From the IMG/VR virus record IMGVR_UViG_2822699256_000006: a stretch of DNA of 64,000 nt. One strand, 5' to 3'. This document shows positions 58,701-64,000 of this stretch, piece after piece. The stretch comes from an uncultured virus (IMG/VR IMGVR_UViG_2822699256_000006). Taxonomy: Duplodnaviria > Heunggongvirae > Uroviricota > Caudoviricetes. The notes below the pieces were generated by a model that did no database searches, was not told where the DNA came from, and was given only the letters and a program-made list of their open reading frames with translations. The position numbers were made by a program, and so were the translations under genes. Numbering within the stretch: position 1 is the stretch's first letter; each line of letters starts with the position of its first letter.

Positions 58701-59974
58701 GGCTCATCAGTTGTATTCCATCCAGATTCAGGAATACGTCCCTCAATAATCTTATATTCTGTAACTTTAACACCATGGAATTCAACAGCTTGTGACACGT
58801 TAAGCATCCCAAAACTACCGTGTCCCCATTCAGTATTAAAATCATAGCATTTTACATAAGATGCTCCTCTGTTTTGCCTAACAAATATTTGCACATTACT
58901 ACCATTGGTTTTAATTTTAATACCATGCATATTAAACATAGTCCAACCAAATCCGTTGCTTAAATCATCTATCCATACTCTTCGCATAACACCGTTTGTT
59001 ACCTTATAGATGCGCTTGTGCTGTTTCCCCCATCCCATGTTATCACAATAATGGGACCAGCTATTGTTTCCTTTAATAACAGACCTATCTATATAGGTAT
59101 CTTTATCGTTGAAAATATCAATACCATCTAAGTCATTTGCAGCACGAGAAGACTTATGTATACGTTCTTCTGCTTCCCAAAGCATCATATAAAAGTTCTT
59201 AGGATCTTTAGCTTGGAAGATTAGTCCAACAACATCATCATCCCAACAAGGGGCACTATAAAAATTCCCTGTACTCCAGTCATATCTTAATGTTTGTCCG
59301 AAAATGCCTGCTCCATCATTCTTAATACATTTAAAATCAAATTCTGTTTCATATGCATTCCATGACATCATGTTTCTTGAAATGACACCTGAGAAAAATG
59401 GACGGTTTAGACCATCTAATACATAACTCCCATCACCAGATAGATGCCAAGTTGTTTGATTGTCATTATATCCAATATAAATACCTTTATCAGACGTAAA
59501 TAAGTCTTTTACATCTCCATAGTCTTCGAGTTTATACATACCTTTCCAATCAACTGCATATTCAGCTGTTCGTTTATCTCGAATCCCTGTATGACCTTTC
59601 CAGTTAAAGGAGTACTGCATGTTTAATCGCCACACTTCGGCTTCAAAGCAGGCCTTAGCTTCCCAAAGTCTTTTTACTGGTAGCTCTTTTGTTTCTTCTA
59701 TTTCATAAGCAAGAGTCTTTTCAGGATGTGCATTCACTTCAAACTGATAGGGCTTTTCATTATATTTTTCTAACAGTCTTCCGTCATAGCTAATTCCATA
59801 TTCAAAAGGAATTTCTGGGTAAATCATTGTCTCGTGTTTTTTCTTTCCACGTAAACGGGCAGCGTATTGAAAATCTTCTACAACATCTTCTTTCTGAGGG
59901 CTTTTTGTAAATAGATCATCATTATCTCCAATACCTGAATGTATGGCATTTCTTTTATGTTTTGCTTTTGACAC
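52796..59974 (-). CDS. 2392-aa structural/adhesin protein with two TSP-C-like lectin domains, PA14 and Ig-like domains
   Basis: WDDDVVGLIF and WDDDLYGCVF; FTVSWNGYIYAPQTGYYRF..NDGFRLWI (PA14); DKYNNP...TNEAGEV and TNDFGQA (Big-1-like). Confidence 0.8.
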   Translation of the reverse strand: MSKAKHKRNAIHSGIGDNDDLFTKSPQKEDVVEDFQYAARLRGKKKHETMIYPEIPFEYGISYDGRLLEKYNEKPYQFEVNAHPEKTLAYEIEETKELPVKRLWEAKACFEAEVWRLNMQYSFNWKGHTGIRDKRTAEYAVDWKGMYKLEDYGDVKDLFTSDKGIYIGYNDNQTTWHLSGDGSYVLDGLNRPFFSGVISRNMMSWNAYETEFDFKCIKNDGAGIFGQTLRYDWSTGNFYSAPCWDDDVVGLIFQAKDPKNFYMMLWEAEERIHKSSRAANDLDGIDIFNDKDTYIDRSVIKGNNSWSHYCDNMGWGKQHKRIYKVTNGVMRRVWIDDLSNGFGWTMFNMHGIKIKTNGSNVQIFVRQNRGASYVKCYDFNTEWGHGSFGMLNVSQAVEFHGVKVTEYKIIEGRIPESGWNTTDEPNKRIADVAAWYVDNDVGFRRKCDAAHVGYGEVDIFYIHGYTRVAENGTIDVAGRNGPITVHAKDYTTWKDYSGRFPQNYSEYFEFNGIGDQILANNAQDYVSEKMNLPGFIMDDISGQVVDPKTGTLIITGKTGQIIARNNNPPDAGKKYAKCYVRCGIVEVTPDHRDFNTALVVFDDIKKVFRDDYNEFFNREDYINKKEKYELVKPVKKPKPVPPDVEPEESDGGCRIDDPVVKPPDEIIDECWDDFDFDGIRLVMWSCTFPIEKLKKTFEEKVFAYNGWVTFNPLASFKPNKWTYYKMTPIEATINPKYDKVKWANRDDFDRIPVGTKVIAKTTEWYKAIFPADIKNSGIITSDKDLISHIPPCPEHFYHPTDKEDRMPDTFEVIHFLLDAFSNSADVVMWYESNPTLTTESADKRPESLAQEGKSGMPIVLTSNENDNIVIHCKENPRWVPWSSGKYIGYGKVNGKRPFFGDGSGKADMVNVSTEVVFFPDNLDMETLKGPFIDIYDKEFPNNPRVKYKLNPKGTKVDFFSNHTDAYNWYTDWYSNWVESKETLQANMSDITVVENPLELNPYDSNVAKDYDPDNTFIERIEVTSNNEFIKVWIEEKKGKEDGLFGSYYRFPLTSQTYEQKWQVQGDYQEWTQSYEIKSYMDKIEIPVQASGAFKILHVKVGNTLISQDKNNGWTLEDDVVILHGSGIRPGTINIKYATGSIHNVFQINELGSYKEIYLNGILLDSKKYEIKDHTLTINKDILNLYDWVHFQSYHIDELHDPTKRNYLGEKKYTQLDFQEDIPMKKENPNYNDPFYEGSLCFNWGYRSPKKLHADESFSAMSMFLPEDIQFDVDVDMEVVYPVGNAVDISNFTGEWKQWDQHPDKVFDTKGNHIDGPGDWHGPPEAGYDKVINLINQGYYSGWYNPKHVELKDYAFSFKVESRTLWDDDLYGCVFRFNPETCSGYSFEWDSGGAGVNGMAIYKLTCKNPDQVGKGHLNFSKVRLAHDPEWWDPDGSDNKPIPNRKFYTHDVKVSVIGNKFQVYVDGKLKLEAVDKENTYKSGAWGPITYSNPDTYFWNFWLQTYKRITPKERPGFRKHLQFTKKRKVIEGEEAFYEIELDEEVMKEKFEKEYLNFCQSVKLEPRFVVSTEYYIRNDASDYEVYFKEFQKIRVLELSPSVLEANPLGHTSIQEAVKRYGNFDISKNIEIVQDVYQNWNKYKVEDFDVLTFTPADCNAGTDFSDDMIDFVRKFKASSNKVIIFSHDTISGNIKNTIKLLEEFGFKKANSEPYTRGDKITLIDPSFNYPYPLTGTFDVSVSHWNQCLNGIPIYKFAHENRPWLSYIDNVYYSEAGDSTYYCDGHFRQQLSDNEMKIWVNLMCRIAQWKPSEKPKMTAYGQSKLFATVRGQNPPIPDPNQNKYPSKNEPTVPVLQPPTESDPNDGFTVSWNGYIYAPQTGYYRFKAQVNDGFRLWIADKLLINEWHITSAEDFFPSYEASVYMEGGKWYPIRANFFDNVGQAVIRLHWSRPGKDFERIHPNYLTPYLGYKLFAQVKKARPLPWHPLVHNGYYYHQEREHYLYAEKKEYIVTPDKNNSIVIQPRPQQGCPIIVQDNQGNTLRKVTFYDDNWNLTLENKEVFHGNGYAKYYLNYKGIDKETLKVYLNGNLIEANDLIFHEEVSAIEFMKEINVTDIIEVRYILLYSYILDINSSLETDSAQIILHNNYEENKMKNMKVIYESAKETPFYRAKEIVLNPLLTHNHTGFLYLSETGEQDAKIIQAHLSDKTISNSGKEKVLVTVSILDKYNNPCPNKIVKIYRDDKPIDAEFITNEAGEVYIYDTPAPPKGLISIYRIECNDLRKELLLNYYAENKKERFYIDVVAPKLAILSSVDDYATIKMTLRDSSWNPVMKDKKINIEYRDTHGNARKKEVITNDFGQAEFILSGLKEKHGEIMIKVSYDMGFEQAASYVYIKVIGG

Positions 59975-59987
59975 TCCTAAACCCCCT

Positions 59988-61436
59988 TTATATATTAGAG
60001 TCCAACTGGTAATCTTTCCATATATCGATGTTAGAATCCCAGATGTTTGGTATGTATCCTAATCCTGTTAACTGCTTATCAATTGTGTCCCAATAGCCTT
60101 CATCCCATTTGAAATGGTCCCACATAACTGGAGCAACTGTGTTAATATACTCAACCCAATTTAATAAGGTTGGTGTCGCTTGCCCATCTGATTCAAATAA
60201 TATCTTGTGAAATTCTTCATCATTTTTATCATATAACTGATACTTTTTAATTCCATAGATAAAACTTATCTCGTGTTCTTTTCCAGTATTCAAAGCGAAA
60301 ATTCTTATGTTTGAGTATTCATCCATATGAAATTGTTTTGGTTGAAGTGGTTGATTATCTATACGTAATGTACGAGTATCTATATATTTACCGGATTTAT
60401 TTTTTAACAAGAAATCTTTAGAATCATTTTTCCATATTAATTTCTTATTGGAGCGATCTTTTCTTTGTATAAGATTTAACTCTCTTGCAATTCCATTTGT
60501 TAACCCTATATCATGTGAACCTGCTGGATACCTAAATACATCTAAGATTCTTTCCTTAAAGTCTGCATTTTTTTCTAGGTGCATCCTTTGAACACCTAGT
60601 AGTAAGCCGAATTCATCAAAGGTATTCCAAATATGATAGTCAATAGGTGTTATAACAATTTCTGTACTATTATCACCCTGAGTGATTTGTAAAAGAATAT
60701 CGCCATATTTTTGTACCGTATATAGATTCATTTCCCTGTAGTCGATGATGCCACCTTGATTTCTATCATTATAAAAAAACTCTTTTAAGGTTTCGAGAAC
60801 AGGAATTTCGATATGATTATTCTTTGTTACTAGTTTTATATTATCACTTGGTTTGATGTTAGGAATCTTATATAACTGAACCCAATCTAACGTGTGTATA
60901 TCGGCCGTACTGATATATTTTTGTTCTTGAACCCAATCTAAATAATCTTTTATATCCTCTAATTCCATTCCGAAAAAATTCAAGAACTGCTGTCCGGTAC
61001 TTTCAGAATCTTGTCGAATTTTACTCCATAAAGGGTATTCATCAGCAAGCCTTTGTGTAAATGTAGAGTACCAGTAATGATTCACAAAAACACAATATGA
61101 TCCAGTTGATTGTAATGAGACATTGATTGTTTTGCTCTCCTTATCAATGTTGTGTTTTATAGTGTGCCATTCTTTTTTCTTTTCATCATACTTGCAAACC
61201 TTACAGTATCTCACTTGTGCTCTTGTAAGTCGGTTTGCATATTTTATTTTCATATTAATAGATTGAAGAGTAGTTTCAGAGCTTAAATGAAACTGTAAAT
61301 AAGTTGGCTGATAATCACTATACATAGGTTGATTTATAGCAAGGTTACTATAATTGTATTCTCTATTATATTTTTGCACCCAACTTAAAGGCTCTGCACT
61401 TTCAATCCAGACATCTTCATGTTGAATTGTATACAT
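59988..61436 (-). CDS. Baseplate wedge-like protein
   Basis: FDEFGLLLGVQR..EKNADFKERI resembles the P2 gpI-type D..G...G..R..E.D..YR.RI motif. Confidence 0.6.
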   Translation of the reverse strand: MYTIQHEDVWIESAEPLSWVQKYNREYNYSNLAINQPMYSDYQPTYLQFHLSSETTLQSINMKIKYANRLTRAQVRYCKVCKYDEKKKEWHTIKHNIDKESKTINVSLQSTGSYCVFVNHYWYSTFTQRLADEYPLWSKIRQDSESTGQQFLNFFGMELEDIKDYLDWVQEQKYISTADIHTLDWVQLYKIPNIKPSDNIKLVTKNNHIEIPVLETLKEFFYNDRNQGGIIDYREMNLYTVQKYGDILLQITQGDNSTEIVITPIDYHIWNTFDEFGLLLGVQRMHLEKNADFKERILDVFRYPAGSHDIGLTNGIARELNLIQRKDRSNKKLIWKNDSKDFLLKNKSGKYIDTRTLRIDNQPLQPKQFHMDEYSNIRIFALNTGKEHEISFIYGIKKYQLYDKNDEEFHKILFESDGQATPTLLNWVEYINTVAPVMWDHFKWDEGYWDTIDKQLTGLGYIPNIWDSNIDIWKDYQLDSNI

Positions 61437-61455
61437 AAAGAATATCCTCCTTTAC

Positions 61456-61469
61456 TGAAAGGCATTACA
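61456..61469. promoter_or_regulatory. Operator-like site TGAAAGGCATTACA at head of giant-protein operon
   Basis: Between extended -10 TGTTATACT (minus) and RBS AAAGGAGG. Confidence 0.65.
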
Positions 61470-61538
61470 GACCTTAAACATAAGAACAGTATAACATAAA
61501 AAAAGGACACACCATATACAGGCATATCCTTTTTTCTA

Positions 61539-62162
61539 TTAAAGAGTATTATCGTAGGACGTGATAACATAATAGTATTTTGTACTATTTTCAACAGTTG
61601 AATCTTCAAATGTTGTTTCAGTTATACCAGCCGTACCGATTTTTGTATATTCTGTTCCATCTTTTGTAGAACGATAAACATTATAACCTGCAAGGTTTTC
61701 GTTAAGCTCTGCATCAGATTCATTTTTGATAGACTGCCAATCAAGTCGGATTTTACCATCAAATCCTGTTGCAGTAAGGCCTGTTGGAACAGAAGGAATT
61801 GTTTTCACTTCTAATTCAGCTGATTTTTCACCTTCTTGTGGTAATGCTTCATCATCAAATGCAGCAACAGCATAAATGTAAGTTGCTCCATCTTTCATAC
61901 CAGTATCAGTATATGTAGTTGTTGAAGCATTAACAGAACCAACTAATGCAAAAGCTCCACCTGATGTTTTCTTTCTAAAGATACGATAACCTTGCAAATC
62001 ATCAATTACAGTATCATCAGCATTCTTTGTAACAGCAGACCAAGTTAGATTTACTTTACCTTGGTTTACGGTATAAGCTAATCCTGTTACTTTACCTGGA
62101 GCAACACTATCACCAGCTGTAGCAAAGGCTTGTACAGAATATAAGGATTCTAAAGCACTCAT
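61539..62162 (-). CDS. Tandem fibronectin type III protein
   Basis: PGKVTGL..VNLTW..GYRIFR..YTD..YIYAVAA, and a second PSVPTGL..LDW..GYNVYR..YYYVITS repeat. Confidence 0.85.
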   Translation of the reverse strand: MSALESLYSVQAFATAGDSVAPGKVTGLAYTVNQGKVNLTWSAVTKNADDTVIDDLQGYRIFRKKTSGGAFALVGSVNASTTTYTDTGMKDGATYIYAVAAFDDEALPQEGEKSAELEVKTIPSVPTGLTATGFDGKIRLDWQSIKNESDAELNENLAGYNVYRSTKDGTEYTKIGTAGITETTFEDSTVENSTKYYYVITSYDNTL

Positions 62163-62194
62163 TACTTTCACCCCTTATTTATATTTTATATATG

Positions 62195-62692
62195 TTAAGC
62201 CGCTTGTTTGCAGCTAAACAGCTTTGTTAAGTATGGTGATGCAGCCAATTGCCCAGGCGTTACATCGCCATCTTCACAATTCGGAACAAGATCAATACCA
62301 ATATCGTTATAAATGTTATCAACAATTTCAGAACACACAACTTTATTTGCTTCTTCAAAAACTGTTGAAGTCCGAAATACCTTTTGCAATGCAAACGAAA
62401 TGATATGTCTCCAATCATAACCCTTATTAAGTTTTGCTCTTCGAATTGATTGTTTAATAATCTTTGTTCTTTGCTCGCTAGTAAGCCCCTTTGTATAACG
62501 ATAAATATCATATACTTCATGTTTCATTGGACGTATAGCTAGGTCTTTATTAATATCAATTTCTAGTATTAGATCATCTGCTATTATCATACCGACATGT
62601 GTGTAGTCTGAACTTGTAATCCATCTTATTAATCTAGAAATAATAGGTGTATTGCCTTTCACTAAAACAATATCTCCTGTTTGTAGCTTCAC
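62195..62692 (-). CDS. Permuted papain-like NlpC/P60 (YiiX/YebB-like) hydrolase
   Basis: LQTGDIVL, YTHVG, GYD, VCSEIV, VTPGQL. Confidence 0.85.
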   Translation of the reverse strand: MKLQTGDIVLVKGNTPIISRLIRWITSSDYTHVGMIIADDLILEIDINKDLAIRPMKHEVYDIYRYTKGLTSEQRTKIIKQSIRRAKLNKGYDWRHIISFALQKVFRTSTVFEEANKVVCSEIVDNIYNDIGIDLVPNCEDGDVTPGQLAASPYLTKLFSCKQAA

Positions 62693-62770
62693 AGAATAAC
62701 CTCCCTCCTGCGATTCTAATAAATTATATACTGATTAAACTTTACATACAAAATGCATAGGAAGCCGTTG

Positions 62771-63217
62771 TCAGACAGTTCCCATGATATTCTGCTTCCT
62801 AGCTATATGTTCTTTTCTGTTTTCTAATATTTCTTTCGCTTTTGCTTCTGCATATCCCATATAATCAAATAACCAGTCAGATTTAGCTAAAGATGTGTCT
62901 GTAATTTGATGCATTTTTGCAATATGCTCTAGATTCTCTTCAATTTCTTTCTCATCTGCTGAAAGACTCAAGCCATTTACTTTCTTATTCATGATTCTCA
63001 TAAAGCCAAACAACACAAACTCTAGTGTGGATGATCCAATGTTAGGGTTAATTTTATCTGAAGCCATATTGAATAATATCTGATTTACTTTTAATTTTTC
63101 TTCTTCAGATAGATTCTTAAAGTTTTCTGCATTAATTTCTCCTGATAAAATCTTAGATTCCAGTGTTTCTTCTTTTCTTATATCATCTGATACAAATGAA
63201 ATACGTTCTCTAGCCAT
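62771..63217 (-). CDS. Hypothetical helical protein
   Basis: RBS AAAGGAG. Confidence 0.75.
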   Translation of the reverse strand: MARERISFVSDDIRKEETLESKILSGEINAENFKNLSEEEKLKVNQILFNMASDKINPNIGSSTLEFVLFGFMRIMNKKVNGLSLSADEKEIEENLEHIAKMHQITDTSLAKSDWLFDYMGYAEAKAKEILENRKEHIARKQNIMGTV

Positions 63218-63236
63218 GTTTAATCTCTCCTTTATT

Positions 63237-64000
63237 TTATACCCATGTTAGTGAATAATTTTGTAAAACTACATTTGGTGGTAACTCTATTTTTAATTTT
63301 AGATTACTCCCTTTCGGATGGATTTTATCATCAAAAAGGAATAGCTCTTCTGGAATAATCCGAACCCATGTATCCCCATTATCACGAGAAATGTAGTAGT
63401 TTACTGACTCAACATTAAGGTTATCACTGCCCATTGTCACTTCATAAATATTAGGAAGACTACTCGATAAGAGTTCTGTGCAGTATACTCTATAGTATAA
63501 AAAGCTTTTATTATTCACAAAAGAAAATTCCTTCTTTTCATTTGCGTTAAATTTTTGATTTAGCACAGTATGTAAATTCTCATAAAGTTCTCCATCATTA
63601 CTCCCTTGAAGTATCCAACTCTGCGGATGTGCTACAGTTGCGCTACTTCCCACAAAAATAGAATACTTGTTGATATTAGTTTTATTTTCGAATTTATACC
63701 CAATCCAACAAGGAGGGCCACCTACACTATTTCCACCCCAAGAACTGCTAAGGTTTCTATCAAATACAAAATAGGCTAATCTTGAGACTGTCTCAGAGAT
63801 ATCTTGCGGATTACTAGCAAACGCTTCACCATAAGGTGTTGTATTTGAAGTCATAGCCGGGATTAGATTATCAGAGATCCCCTTGTTTTTTTGTAAATCA
63901 GTAATCAACATGACCTTAGAAGGCGTATGACTTAATATTTCGGTTATTGTTTCAATAACACTTTCTTCAGTTGTTGTAAGTGTTCCGTTCTGAGCATCAT
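63237..64000 (-). CDS. C-terminal part of discoidin (F5/8 type C)-containing protein, truncated by window edge
   Basis: Frame is open to position 64000; IPAMTSNTTP, VFDRNLSSSW, WIGYKF, PQSWILQGSNDG, YYRV. Confidence 0.8.
   Translation of the reverse strand, partial: DAQNGTLTTTEESVIETITEILSHTPSKVMLITDLQKNKGISDNLIPAMTSNTTPYGEAFASNPQDISETVSRLAYFVFDRNLSSSWGGNSVGGPPCWIGYKFENKTNINKYSIFVGSSATVAHPQSWILQGSNDGELYENLHTVLNQKFNANEKKEFSFVNNKSFLYYRVYCTELLSSSLPNIYEVTMGSDNLNVESVNYYISRDNGDTWVRIIPEELFLFDDKIHPKGSNLKLKIELPPNVVLQNYSLTWV

Noticed and set aside
4268..58795. Plus-strand ORFs of 60-126 aa in the track
   Set aside because: They lie antisense to (or largely overlap) long minus-strand genes and have no convincing RBS or motifs; treated as shadow ORFs
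33908..64000. Diversity-generating retroelement acting on adhesin tips
   Set aside because: No reverse transcriptase and no template/variable repeat pair noticed by eye; a self dot-plot would be decisive
1..64000. tRNA, rRNA, IS elements or integrase
   Set aside because: No cloverleaf or rRNA signature and no transposase or recombinase motifs seen; not confirmed by tRNAscan

Overview
AT-rich, Bacillus-type DNA with almost every real gene on the minus strand. The content fits a large temperate jumbo-phage/plasmid (phage-plasmid) of the Bacillus cereus group, reminiscent of pBtic235 and 0305phi8-36-like elements; this assignment is inferred from gene content, not from a database search. Layout: (1) 0.2-5.1 kb, a plasmid-type replicon with an 8-copy iteron array, an HTH/DnaA-N Rep candidate and antisense RNA control, plus cargo (secreted protein with a small membrane peptide, a type I toxin-antitoxin-like locus, a WXG100 nuclease toxin with immunity gene). 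(2) 5-33 kb, replication, nucleotide metabolism and accessory genes: guanylate kinase, amidase endolysin, dUTPase, DnaE, RemA-like regulator, Cas4-like nuclease, sigma-like factor, RusA, subtilase, dCMP deaminase, NrdEF, holin, DnaB-like helicase, AEP primase, and a Rad52/Sak-like annealase split by a +1 frameshift. (3) 33-64 kb, a virion baseplate/fibre module of very large, partly paralogous proteins with discoidin-like, vWA, PA14, thrombospondin-C-like, Ig and FN3 domains. The most unusual signals are a shared short tag, (M/Q/K)-[EDN]-L-[VIT]-x-x-Y, on at least nine otherwise unrelated early-region proteins, several of which look like fragments of tail-tube, sheath or terminase proteins (possible decoy or interference system), and a 14-bp palindrome TGTAATGCATT(A/T)CA found in nine intergenic regions across the window. 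All domain calls are by-eye motif recognition.
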